A DNA stretch of 60,588 nt from Candidatus Omnitrophota bacterium (GTDB lineage: Bacteria > Omnitrophota > Gorgyraeia > JABMRN01 > RBG-13-46-9). The notes under the pieces were generated by a model. It was not told the origin of the DNA, ran no database searches, and worked only from the letters and a program-made list of their open reading frames with translations. Below, one piece after another: positions 9,729-19,546 of the stretch (the stretch's first letter is position 1; each line of letters begins with the position of its first letter). Location: assembly GCA_043817155.1 (NCBI GenBank), contig JBDRHE010000075.1:1-60588 (forward strand), in the 5' to 3' direction. A program made the position numbers and the translations under genes.

Positions 9729-10856
9729 ATGACATTACGTTACCTTACAGCCGGAGAGTCGCATGGAAGAGCGCTTGTGGCGATCGTAGAAGGCATTCCG
9801 AAAGGGCTTAAGCTGGACGCCAAATTTATCGATAAAGAACTTAAGAGGCGCATGAAAGGATTTGGCCGGGGGAAGAGAATGCTTATTGAGAAAGATAATG
9901 TTCAGATCCTGTCCGGTACGCGGAAGGGCAGGACTTTGGGAAGTCCCATCGCGCTCCTCATTTCAAACAGGGATTTCAAAATAGAGACCCTTCCATCCAT
10001 AAGTTGTCCGAGGCCCGGGCACGCTGACCTCGCAGGTGTTCTTAAATTCGGCGATGCCGATGTTAGAGATATACTGGAGAGGGCAAGTGCGCGCCAGACA
10101 GCGTCAAGCGTAGCGACAGGAGCCGTTGCAAAGATATTGCTTAAAGAGTTTGGAGTGGATCTTATGAGCCATGTCAAGGTTATAGGCGGCATCAGATCCA
10201 AGAAGGCTCTATCGTTCGAAAGAATGAAGGATCTCGCGGAAAGGTCGCCTGTTCGGTGCATTGACAAGGATGCGGCCAGGCTCATGTGTTTTGAGATCGA
10301 GAAAGCAAAGAAAGCCGGCGATACCGTTGGCGGGGTATTCGAGGTTATCGCCAAAGGCGTACCGCCCGGACTTGGCACCTATGCGCAGTGGGACAAGAGA
10401 TTGGACGGAAATTTGGCCAAAGCTGTTATGTCAATCCCGGGGGTGAAGGGTGTAGAGATAGGCGCAGGATTCGATGTTGCTCTTTTTTGGGGTTCGGCTG
10501 TACATGACCAGATCCTGTGGAGCGAAAGAGAGAAGAGATTCTACCGGGGGAGCAATAATGCCGGTGGTATAGAAGGTGGTATTTCAAACGGCGAAGATAT
10601 TATACTTAGCGGCGCAATGAAACCCATAGCAACCCTTGTTAAGCCGCTGGATTCGGTCAATCTAAAGACAAAGAAAAAAGTTAAAGCGCAGGTAGAGAGG
10701 GCTGATGTGTGTGTTGTCCCATCCTGCGGGGTTATCGCGGAGAGCGTATGCGCGATAGAGATAGCCTCTGCCATGGGAGAGAAGTTCGGCGGCGACTCGC
10801 TCGCCGAGATGAAACGTAATTACGATAGTTATTTAAAGCAGCTGAAGAAAATATGA
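9729..10856 (+). CDS. aroC: Chorismate synthase
   Basis: From ATG 9729: MTLRYLTAGESHG, PRPGHAD, LERASARQTA and GGIEGGISNG. Confidence 0.96.
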   Translation: MTLRYLTAGESHGRALVAIVEGIPKGLKLDAKFIDKELKRRMKGFGRGKRMLIEKDNVQILSGTRKGRTLGSPIALLISNRDFKIETLPSISCPRPGHADLAGVLKFGDADVRDILERASARQTASSVATGAVAKILLKEFGVDLMSHVKVIGGIRSKKALSFERMKDLAERSPVRCIDKDAARLMCFEIEKAKKAGDTVGGVFEVIAKGVPPGLGTYAQWDKRLDGNLAKAVMSIPGVKGVEIGAGFDVALFWGSAVHDQILWSEREKRFYRGSNNAGGIEGGISNGEDIILSGAMKPIATLVKPLDSVNLKTKKKVKAQVERADVCVVPSCGVIAESVCAIEIASAMGEKFGGDSLAEMKRNYDSYLKQLKKI

Positions 10857-10865
10857 CTTTTCCAA

Positions 10866-11361
10866 GCTACGTAAGACGTGGGACGAAGGACGATTCGAAG
10901 GACTTAGAGAGCTATAAGCCATAAGCCGTAAGCTATAAGCAATGTGATATGATTTGAGCTTATAGCTTAAGGCTTAAAGCTTAAAGCTGTTAGCACAAGA
11001 TATATACCATTGAAATACATTGATATGCAATTGAGATACATTGAAATACGGTGGATGATATGTACTACTCGTCTTTGCGAAGTGCCGTAAATAAGTTAGC
11101 GTACCGAAGCAATGCTCCACTCGTCTTTGCGAGGTGCCGTAATATACTAAGCGCACTGAAGCATAATTTGTCATTCCCGCGCAAGCGGGAATCCATGGAT
11201 GCACTCTCGATGAGTCAACTCTGGATCCCCGCTTTCGCGGGGATGACATGTGAGAAATAAGGGAATGACACGATATGAAGGTATCCACGGCGATTATTTA
11301 CATGGAAATAAATGGAAGATCTAATCGTCCATCGTCGGCACGTCCGTCGTCCTTTGTAACG
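10866..11361. repeat. About 500-bp composite: GACGAAG arms around an AGCTATA palindrome, a 10-mer TTGAAATAC run, two F1 left arms (11068-11113, 11120-11163) and an inverted F2 (11170-11247)
   Basis: Read directly; each module recurs elsewhere in the window. Confidence 0.93.
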
Positions 11362-11379
11362 AGGTAATGAATTGAATTT

Positions 11380-11883
11380 ATGAAAAACATCGCATTAGTT
11401 GGCTTCATGGGAACCGGAAAGACAGCTGCCGCGAGAATGCTCTCCGGGAGACTTAACATGAAATACATAAGCACTGACGATCTCATCGAAGGGAGAGTCG
11501 GTATGTCCATCCCTGATATATTTTCCAAGAAGGGCGAGAAGTATTTCAGGTCGGTTGAACGAGAGGTTATAAAAGATACCTCGACGATGAAAAATGTCAT
11601 AATCGATACCGGCGGGGGCGCCTTGATCGATCCGAATAATTTAAAGGATCTTAAGGCCGGAGGCACGGTCATATGTTTATGGGCCACACCCGAGAACATT
11701 TTAGAGAGAACAAAGAAGTACGCCCATAGGCCGCTTTTGAATGTCGATGACCCTTTAAAGAAGATTCGGGATTTGCTTGCCGAGAGAAGACCTTTTTACC
11801 AGGGGGCAGATCATCATATACATACCAGTCCTATTGCGCTGGAGAAGGTTGTTCTGGCTATCGAAAGAATTGCAAAAGAGTAA
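11380..11883 (+). CDS. aroK: Shikimate kinase
   Basis: GFMGTGKT P-loop, GEKYFRSVE, TGGG and RPLL. Confidence 0.95.
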   Translation: MKNIALVGFMGTGKTAAARMLSGRLNMKYISTDDLIEGRVGMSIPDIFSKKGEKYFRSVEREVIKDTSTMKNVIIDTGGGALIDPNNLKDLKAGGTVICLWATPENILERTKKYAHRPLLNVDDPLKKIRDLLAERRPFYQGADHHIHTSPIALEKVVLAIERIAKE

Positions 11884-11917
11884 ATAGTTTAAAACGCGCC
11901 GGTAGATAGGATCACAG

Positions 11918-12805
11918 ATGGCAATAAGAAGAATAGAAAGAGATTCAAAAGATTACCCGGTAAATCTTAATTCAATATCCGGCGCTCCCAAAGAACTCTT
12001 TGTGAACGGGAATATTCTTGCCTGCGATGAAAACGCTGTTGCTATAGTCGGAACACGGACGCCTACACACTATGGCATAGAGCAGTGCGAAAAGCTTTCC
12101 TACGATCTTGCGATGATGGGAATAACTATAATAAGCGGGATGGCAAGGGGTATAGACTCTTGCGCTCACAGGGCAGCCCTGAAGGCCGGCGGCAGGACGA
12201 TAGCTATTCTGGGAAGCGGCCACAACCACATATATCCCCCTGAAAACAGAAAACTTTATGAAGAGATTGTATCTAGAGCCGCCGTTATCTCAGAATTTCC
12301 ATCGGATACGCGTCCTTTTAAGGCAAATTTTCCAAGACGCAACAGGATCATAAGCGGCCTGTCTAAAGGTGTCATTGTTGTGGAAGCGGCTGCCAGGAGC
12401 GGCACTTTAATAACGGTCGATTTTGCTCTCGAACAAGGCAGAGAGGTCTTTGCGGTTCCCGGTAATGTGAGCTCCCCAAAAAGTAGCGGTACAAACCTTT
12501 TAATAAAGGAAGGGGCCAGGCTTGTTCAGGATGCATCCGATATAACAGATGAGCTAAAGAATGTACTGGATGTAAAAGGCGCCAGCGATGAGACCGGGTA
12601 CGCAAGCCGTCCGGCACCGGAGGCGTCTCTCTCCGAGCTTGAAAGGGCGGTATTTGAAGCTACGGGCCAGATACCTAAGTCGATCGATGAAATTTCGGCG
12701 ATAGCGAATCTTCCGGTTCACAGGACATCCGATAGCCTGCTCAAATTGGAGCTTAAGAGGCTGGTCAAAGCGCTTCCCGGAGAGAATTATATAAAATGTC
12801 AATGA
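11918..12805 (+). CDS. dprA: DNA-processing protein DprA
   Basis: AIVGTR, SGMARGID, FPRRNRIISGLS, SGTLIT and a C-terminal winged helix. Confidence 0.95.
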   Translation: MAIRRIERDSKDYPVNLNSISGAPKELFVNGNILACDENAVAIVGTRTPTHYGIEQCEKLSYDLAMMGITIISGMARGIDSCAHRAALKAGGRTIAILGSGHNHIYPPENRKLYEEIVSRAAVISEFPSDTRPFKANFPRRNRIISGLSKGVIVVEAAARSGTLITVDFALEQGREVFAVPGNVSSPKSSGTNLLIKEGARLVQDASDITDELKNVLDVKGASDETGYASRPAPEASLSELERAVFEATGQIPKSIDEISAIANLPVHRTSDSLLKLELKRLVKALPGENYIKCQ

Positions 12806-12825
12806 TGAGATAGGAGAGAATCCAT

Positions 12826-14844
12826 ATGTCTATAAAAGCAGCCGTTATAGTGGAGTCACCTGCCAAGTCAAGAACGATAAATAAGATCCTGGGTCCCAAT
12901 TATATCGTTCTTTCGAGTATGGGGCACATTATAGATTTGCCAAAGACCAAGATGGGTATAGACGTAGAGAAGGATTTTAAGCCCGATTTCACGGTTATCC
13001 CCGAGAGGAGAAAGTACCTCGCGAAACTTAAGAAGGATACAAAGAAGATCAAGACTATCTACCTGGCAGCCGACCCCGACAGGGAAGGGGAGGCGATCAG
13101 CTGGCACCTCAAGAACCAGCTTGGCAAAGGTAAAGAAGTTTTTAGGGTTACATTCGATGAGATCACAGCTACCGCAATAAAGAAAGCTTTCGAGAACCCG
13201 CACGCAATCGATACGAAACTTGTCAACGCGCAGCACGCCCGCAGGATCCTTGACAGGATCGTGGGCTATAGTATAAGTCCCATCCTCTGGAGAAAGGTTA
13301 CAAGGGGTCTTAGCGCGGGCAGGGTTCAATCTGTAGCGGTAAAGCTTGTAGTGGAGAGAGAGAAAGAGATAAGAAAATTCATTCCAAAAGAGTACTGGGA
13401 CATAGAGGCTACCTTAAAGAAGACGGAAGAAGAGCGCAGGACTTTCGGGGCGAAACTCGATAAGATCGGCAATAAGCCCTTCCACATCAAGAGCGAAAAA
13501 GAGATTAATGGCATACTATCTGATATAAAGAAGAGCGAATTTATTGTATCAAAGATAAAGGAACAGGGTAGAAAAAAATCCGCGCAGGCGCCATTTACAA
13601 CATCTAAGCTTCAGCAGGACTCTTTTAATAAGCTCCGTTTTCCTGTTTTCAAGACAATGAGGGTTGCGCAGCAATTATATGAAGGCGTGGAATTGGAGAA
13701 TAAGGAGAGCGTGGGTCTGATAACATACATGCGAACGGATTCGGTTCGGGTATCCCAGGACGCGGTGGACGCCGCAAAAAAATATATACTTGAAACATAC
13801 GGGGATAAGTATTACCCGGAAAAGCCCAATATCTACAAGTCGAAGAAGAGAGCCCAGGAAGCCCATGAGTCCATACGGCCCACGTTACCTTTAAGGGAGC
13901 CGCATAAATTAAAGAGCTTCCTCACACTCGAGCAATTCAAGCTCTATGAGCTTATATGGAAAAGGTTCGTTTCAAGCCAGATGAGCCAGGCGACCTACTC
14001 GGTTACGACAGTTGAGATAGAAGCGGGCGTTTACCTTTTTAAGACAAGCGGTACAAATGTTGTCTTTGACGGTTTTACGGCTCTTTACATTGATTCGGAA
14101 GTACAGAAAGAGGACGAGAGAAGGCAGGTGCTGTGGAAGATGCCGACATTGGTTGTGGGAGAGAAGCTCAATCTTGTAAAACTTGACCCGTCGCAGCACT
14201 TTACCAAGCCTCCCGCCAGGTACTCTGACGCAACGCTGGTCAAGGCCCTGGAAGAGAACGGGATAGGCAGGCCTTCAACTTACGCGCCGATCCTCTACAC
14301 GATAATGATGCGTAACTATGTTAAGAGGACAAGCGGGTATTTAAGCCCGACGGAACTCGGTGAGATAATAAACGAGTTACTGATAAAACATTTTCCCCAG
14401 ATAATGGATATTGCTTTTACCGCGAAGATGGAAGACGAGCTTGACGGTGTTGAAGAAGGCAAGGTTGATTGGCTGGTTGTCCTCAAAGAATTTTATACGC
14501 CTTTCATGGAGAGTATCGAGCAGGCGAAAAAGCATATGAAGAGCATAAAGAAAGAGGGCGTGAAGACCGATGAGATCTGCGAGCTTTGCAAGAAACCAAT
14601 GATAATAAAATGGGGCAGGCGCGGAAAATTCTTAAGCTGCTGCGATTTCCCGAAGTGCAAGTTCTCTAAATCTATAACGACAGGGGTTAAGTGTCCCGGC
14701 CAGGACTGCGAAGGAGAGCTCATAGAGAGGCGGTCGCGCAGGGGTAATTTCTACGGATGCACCAAATACCCTCATTGTAAATATACTTCAAGGTCCCTAC
14801 CTACCGAGGAGAAAGAGGTCGACGCGAGTAAGGGTGGAGATTGA
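12826..14844 (+). CDS. topA: DNA topoisomerase I
   Basis: VESPAK, ADPDREGEAI, SAGRVQS, ITYMRTDS and C-terminal zinc ribbons. Confidence 0.97.
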   Translation: MSIKAAVIVESPAKSRTINKILGPNYIVLSSMGHIIDLPKTKMGIDVEKDFKPDFTVIPERRKYLAKLKKDTKKIKTIYLAADPDREGEAISWHLKNQLGKGKEVFRVTFDEITATAIKKAFENPHAIDTKLVNAQHARRILDRIVGYSISPILWRKVTRGLSAGRVQSVAVKLVVEREKEIRKFIPKEYWDIEATLKKTEEERRTFGAKLDKIGNKPFHIKSEKEINGILSDIKKSEFIVSKIKEQGRKKSAQAPFTTSKLQQDSFNKLRFPVFKTMRVAQQLYEGVELENKESVGLITYMRTDSVRVSQDAVDAAKKYILETYGDKYYPEKPNIYKSKKRAQEAHESIRPTLPLREPHKLKSFLTLEQFKLYELIWKRFVSSQMSQATYSVTTVEIEAGVYLFKTSGTNVVFDGFTALYIDSEVQKEDERRQVLWKMPTLVVGEKLNLVKLDPSQHFTKPPARYSDATLVKALEENGIGRPSTYAPILYTIMMRNYVKRTSGYLSPTELGEIINELLIKHFPQIMDIAFTAKMEDELDGVEEGKVDWLVVLKEFYTPFMESIEQAKKHMKSIKKEGVKTDEICELCKKPMIIKWGRRGKFLSCCDFPKCKFSKSITTGVKCPGQDCEGELIERRSRRGNFYGCTKYPHCKYTSRSLPTEEKEVDASKGGD

Positions 14845-14922
14845 TGTTTAGCGATCTTCGTCTAGTCTATGGCGTTAGAGGGAACCTTATTCGCGATCCG
14901 CGATCCGCAATACGAAAATGCT

Positions 14923-15795
14923 ATGCAGCGATTTATAGATAAATTTAGAAACTATTTAAGCGTAGAAAAGAACTATTCTGCCCACACGATAATGAACTAT
15001 ACCGCGGACCTGCATGAATTTTCACAATTTTTAGCGGACACGGATATTGCCAAAGTAGATTATCTTAGCGTGAGAAAGTATCTTGCTCATCTAAGGTCAA
15101 AAGCGATCACCAAGCGTACGGTTGGAAGAAAGCTATCAACCCTGCGGACATTCTTCAGGTTTCTTCAGAGGGACGGTTATGTAAAGAGCAATCCCGTTGT
15201 AAGCATATCCACGCCCAAAATGGATAAGAAATTACCCATATTTCTCGACGAGAAGAGTGTATTAAGGCTCATAACAGCGCCTGCGGGGAAGACATTTCAG
15301 GCTGCCAGAGATAGAGCGATACTGGAGACTTTGTACAGTTCGGGTATACGGGTGGGGGAACTAGTTGGTATAGGTACCAAGGATGTCGACTTCATAAGCG
15401 GGATCGTGAAAGTCCTTGGAAAGGGAAGAAGGGAGCGTTTGGCACCCATAGGTGAAGCAGCTATAAATGCTATTAGAGAGTATATGGAATACAGAAACAT
15501 GAAAGGATGGGGTAGCAGTAAGGCTCTCTTTTTGAACAAATCCGGGATCGGGCTAACGGACAGGAGCGTAAGGCGTGTCGTGGATAGATATATCAACGTT
15601 TTAAGTACCCGGGAACATATTTCGCCGCATACCCTGCGCCACTCGTTCGCTACACACCTTTTGAATAAGGGCGCGGATCTAAGGAGCGTTCAGGAACTGT
15701 TGGGACATAAGAATCTTTCGACCACGCAAATCTACACGCATGTTACAATGGAGCGCCTAAAGTCGGTATACGACAAGGCCCATCCGCGAGCCTAG
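14923..15795 (+). CDS. xerC: Chromosomal tyrosine recombinase XerC
   Basis: From ATG 14923; LYSSGIRVGEL, HTLRHSFATHLL and LLGHKNLSTTQIYTHV; dprA-topA-xerC is a conserved synteny. The upstream ATG 14869 would read through a CGCGATC repeat arm. Confidence 0.9.
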   Translation: MQRFIDKFRNYLSVEKNYSAHTIMNYTADLHEFSQFLADTDIAKVDYLSVRKYLAHLRSKAITKRTVGRKLSTLRTFFRFLQRDGYVKSNPVVSISTPKMDKKLPIFLDEKSVLRLITAPAGKTFQAARDRAILETLYSSGIRVGELVGIGTKDVDFISGIVKVLGKGRRERLAPIGEAAINAIREYMEYRNMKGWGSSKALFLNKSGIGLTDRSVRRVVDRYINVLSTREHISPHTLRHSFATHLLNKGADLRSVQELLGHKNLSTTQIYTHVTMERLKSVYDKAHPRA

Positions 15796-16146
15796 CTCGA
15801 AGGAGTAACGTTACGACGGACGTAAGACCCTCCTTCGCTTGGCAGGAAGAATCTCATGGAAGTGGGCTACGGAGGGCAAGTGTGGGAAGAAGGACGATTA
15901 GCGCTATCTCGTCTTTGCGAGGTGCCGTTAATAGGTAAGCGTACCGAAGCAATTTGTCATTCCCGCGGAAGCGGGAATCCAGGCGGAAATGACAAATACA
16001 TTAGAAAGATACACTTCTGGATCCCCGCTTCCGCGGGGATGACAGAATAGTGGAGATTGCTTCCTCCTTCGCCACATTGCTTCTGCGTGTGGCTTGGGAG
16101 AGACAAGCCGGCACGTTCGAATTTTCCGGTGCCTCGCAAAGACGAG
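15793..16146. repeat. Composite: GACG-type arm with a REP-like insert (15829-15881), F1 left arm (15908), F2 (15956-16043) and F1 right arm with a second REP-like insert (16064-16109)
   Basis: The interrupted host motifs can be rebuilt from intact copies (cgtaagacgtgggacg at 10870; gagattgcttcggcacg at 17619/44222). Confidence 0.92.
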
Positions 16147-16183
16147 GGAAATACGATCGTTTAAGGCAACCAGGACAACAAAG

Positions 16184-17461
16184 ATGATAATATACGACAT
16201 ATTTTTCTTCGCCTTTTCGATCGTTTACCTTCCGTACATGATCATAAAAGGGAAGGCGCACAAGGATCTTGGCCAGAGGTTCGGAAAGCTGCCGGAAGCG
16301 TTTAAAGCTCTAGGCAAGACGAACCCTGTGTGGATACACGCTGTAAGCGTGGGGGAAGTCATCGCGGTAAAGAACTTCATAGGAGCTATACAGCGAAAAT
16401 TTCACGGAAAAAAGATCATCCTTTCAACTACGACGAGAACCGGTAATGAGATCGCGCGAAAAATACTGGGCGACGAGATATTAAAGTTCTATTTTCCGCT
16501 GGATTTCAGCTTCATTGTGAAACGCGCATTGGACTGTCTTAACCCTAGGTGCTTTATCATGATGGAGACCGAGATCTGGCCGAATCTCATTTTAGAATTG
16601 GCCGAAAGAAAGATACCCATTATTCTTATTAACGGCCGGATATCCAGGAGATCATTTGGTGGATATAGCAGGATAAAAATATTTTTTGAAAAGATCTTAA
16701 AAAAGGTGGATCTATTTTGTATGCAGACTGAAAGCGACGCTCGACGCATACAAGCCCTGGGTGCGCGCGAAGAGAATATAAGGGTATCCGGTAATATGAA
16801 ATTTGATATTCCTCTAACGGGCGAAAAATACGAGAAGACAAAAGCGGCTCTCGGGATAGACGAAGAGAGCCAGCTTCTTATAGCCGGAAGCACCCATAAA
16901 GGCGAAGATGAGATCATTCTTGAGGCATATAAGAGGGTCGCACGTAAATTTAATAATTTAAGGCTGCTTCTTGCTCCAAGGCACATAGACCGGTCACGCG
17001 CCATCAAAAGGCTCGTTACACGATATGGATTTCACGGCGAATTCTTCTCGGATGTTGTCTCATCTTCCGCAGTGTCGGAAAATAAGGAAGCTGTCCTGAT
17101 CTTAGATACGCTGGGAGAACTTAGCAAGCTTTATAGCCTGGCAACTATCGTATTTATGGGAGGCACCTTTGTGAAGAGAGGAGGGCACAATATCATAGAG
17201 CCCGCGGTATTTGGTAAGCCTATCCTCTTCGGGCCGCATATGTTCAATTTCAGGGATATGGCGAAGTCCTTCCTGGAAGGGGATGCGGCCATTAGGGTTA
17301 GGGATGGCCATGAATTATCGGAAGTAATAGAAGGGCTCTTAAAGGATAAAGATAGGAGATCGGCCTTAGGAGAGAACGCATTAAGGCTACTTAGGAGATC
17401 GCGGGGCGCTACCGAGAGGAACATAGCGGCGGTCGGACCGTATATAACGAAGATTTTGTGA
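16184..17461 (+). CDS. waaA: Kdo transferase
   Basis: WIHAVSVGE, METEIWPN, IAGSTH, LAPRH and GGHNIIEPA. Start placed at ATG 16184 because the ORF-track N-terminus is repeat-derived. Confidence 0.95.
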   Translation: MIIYDIFFFAFSIVYLPYMIIKGKAHKDLGQRFGKLPEAFKALGKTNPVWIHAVSVGEVIAVKNFIGAIQRKFHGKKIILSTTTRTGNEIARKILGDEILKFYFPLDFSFIVKRALDCLNPRCFIMMETEIWPNLILELAERKIPIILINGRISRRSFGGYSRIKIFFEKILKKVDLFCMQTESDARRIQALGAREENIRVSGNMKFDIPLTGEKYEKTKAALGIDEESQLLIAGSTHKGEDEIILEAYKRVARKFNNLRLLLAPRHIDRSRAIKRLVTRYGFHGEFFSDVVSSSAVSENKEAVLILDTLGELSKLYSLATIVFMGGTFVKRGGHNIIEPAVFGKPILFGPHMFNFRDMAKSFLEGDAAIRVRDGHELSEVIEGLLKDKDRRSALGENALRLLRRSRGATERNIAAVGPYITKIL

Positions 17462-17514
17462 GATATACTTTCTGTACAGTCACCACGTTACCCGTTAACG
17501 GAAGATTCACACGT

Positions 17515-17757
17515 TATGACGGACGATGGACGAAAGACGATGGACGATTCAATTCCCTCGTCTTTGCGAGGCACCGTAAAATTCGAGCGTGCCGAAGCAA
17601 TCTCATTCGAGCTAGTTTGAGATTGCTTCGGTGCGCTAACCTGTTTACGGCACCTCGCAAAGACGAGATAGCGCGAATCACCCTTTGTCCCTCTTCCATC
17701 ATCCATCTTAAGTTTACTATTAAATTCACGTCTCATGTGTCTTGTGTCCTTGTGTCG
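17515..17757. repeat. GACGATG arms around an F1 in the opposite orientation (17557-17667), plus a CTTGTGTC arm
   Basis: The ggcac/gtgcc arm comes first and the ggtgc/gcacc arm second; empty loop. Confidence 0.92.
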
Positions 17758-17780
17758 TAGATAAAAATAGGGTTTGCATT

Positions 17781-18242
17781 ATGAAGATCAGAGAGGCAAT
17801 GACAAAAAACGTCGTGAAGGTCGCGCCGTCAACAGGTATACGCAATATATACGATCTCTTTTGCGAGAAACAGATCGGCTGTGTTCCCGTTGTGAATGGC
17901 GACAATAAGATCGTCGGCATGGTAACCAAGACCGAGATCCTGGATGTCCTGATACCGGACTACTTTGGCATGGTCAGCGATTTTCTATTTATTGATGATT
18001 TCGGAGCGCTGGAAAAGAAACTGGAATCTCTTCCCGTTCTAGAACTCTTCCTGGCTGAGGATCTTATGGAGAGAGACGTCATTACTATAAACGAGAACGC
18101 GTCTTTAGTTAAGGCGCCCGTTCTAATGAATAAACACAATTTGAGAAGACTTCCGGTTATAGATAAAGATGGCACGCTCGTCGGTATAATATCAAAGATG
18201 GATGTCTGCAGGGCGCTTTTTAAAGACAGGGGCACAGAGTAA
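17781..18242 (+). CDS. CBS-pair domain protein
   Basis: From ATG 17781; two CBS repeats (VPVVNGDNKIVGMVT, LPVIDKDGTLVGII). Confidence 0.88.
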   Translation: MKIREAMTKNVVKVAPSTGIRNIYDLFCEKQIGCVPVVNGDNKIVGMVTKTEILDVLIPDYFGMVSDFLFIDDFGALEKKLESLPVLELFLAEDLMERDVITINENASLVKAPVLMNKHNLRRLPVIDKDGTLVGIISKMDVCRALFKDRGTE

Positions 18243-19513
18243 TGATGCCACTCATATTCGCGCTTTCAATATTCACTCTAACATTCTATCTTATAATCTC
18301 CGGTAAACTCGATAAGACGATAGCGAGTCTTTCAGGCGCTCTGGCTATGGTTGTATGCGGGCTATGCCTTGGATTCTATTCACAGGAAGAGGCTTTCAGC
18401 GCGATAGATTTTAACATGATGGGCCTCCTTACAGGCATGATGGTGATAGTCAGTGTCTGCAAGAAGACAGGGTTCTTCTCGTTCGTGGCAATAAAAGCTG
18501 CTAAGGCTTCGGGCGGATCACCACTGAGGCTCCTTGTGATGATGGGCGGTATTACAGCAGTTCTTTCAATGTTTCTGGATAATGTCACAACTATAATCCT
18601 CATAATACCCATAACCATACTGATATGCGATATACTTGGGATAAGTCCGCTTCCTATAGTCTTGTCCGAGATCGTCTTATCGAATATAGGAGGGGCGGGT
18701 ACGATGATCGGTGATCCGCCGAATATGATGATAGCCTCAAGCGCGGATCTCTCCTTCGGCGATTTTATAATTCACTTAATGCCGATAGTGCTTGTATCGA
18801 TAGTATTGGCCTTGATAGTACTGGTTATACTATTTAGAAAAGAGATCGCTAAGCCTCCCAGAGATTTTCGCCCCATATCCGAGATAGATGAAAGAGCGGC
18901 TGTTCGCGATATAAAGAGCCTGCAGAAAGTCGCGCTGTCGCTTGTCGTTGTCTTTGCATTATTCGCTGTGCAGAAGAGATTTCATCTACACCATTCTTTT
19001 ATATCTCTTTTAGGCGCCGGCATAGTCATTATCCTTGTGAGGCCGAATGTCAGCGAGATCATGAAGGATATAGAGTGGACGATACTTATATTTTTCGCGT
19101 CACTGTTCATATTAATAGGCGGACTTGAAAAGACGGGTCTTTTGGATATGATAGCAGAAAGGATGGTCACGTTAGCTACAATTAATTTAAGCCTGGCGAA
19201 GATCACGCTTCTTTGGGTGTCGGCTGTGGGCGCGTCCTTGATAGATCGCATACCTTTCACTACGGCCATGATCCCTGTCATAAGGCACGTCGGTGAATTG
19301 GGCATAGAGACCGGATCATTATGGTGGATACTTGCTCTGGGGGTGGGTTTTGGCGGTAATGGGACGCCCATCGGTTCGATCGTTGGGATCGTGGGGCTGG
19401 CAATGAGCGAAAAGACCCACGCCCCGATAAATTTTAAGATCTGGTTTAAAACGGCAACGATCGTAATGCTGGTTACGATAATATTCGTGAGCCTGCTGAT
19501 ACGTTTTATATAG
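18242..19513 (+). CDS. ArsB/NhaD (ion transporter superfamily) permease
   Basis: 423-aa polytopic membrane protein; LDNVTT, SNIGGAGTMIGDPPNMMI and GFGGNGTPIGS. Confidence 0.88.
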   Translation: MMPLIFALSIFTLTFYLIISGKLDKTIASLSGALAMVVCGLCLGFYSQEEAFSAIDFNMMGLLTGMMVIVSVCKKTGFFSFVAIKAAKASGGSPLRLLVMMGGITAVLSMFLDNVTTIILIIPITILICDILGISPLPIVLSEIVLSNIGGAGTMIGDPPNMMIASSADLSFGDFIIHLMPIVLVSIVLALIVLVILFRKEIAKPPRDFRPISEIDERAAVRDIKSLQKVALSLVVVFALFAVQKRFHLHHSFISLLGAGIVIILVRPNVSEIMKDIEWTILIFFASLFILIGGLEKTGLLDMIAERMVTLATINLSLAKITLLWVSAVGASLIDRIPFTTAMIPVIRHVGELGIETGSLWWILALGVGFGGNGTPIGSIVGIVGLAMSEKTHAPINFKIWFKTATIVMLVTIIFVSLLIRFI

Positions 19514-19546
19514 TTACGCAACCGCAACCGAAAAACGAGTTAGAAT

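Noticed and set aside
14923-15795. Phage or island integrase
   Set aside because: Sequence and dprA-topA synteny fit chromosomal XerC; no att site, tRNA or cargo genes are adjacent.
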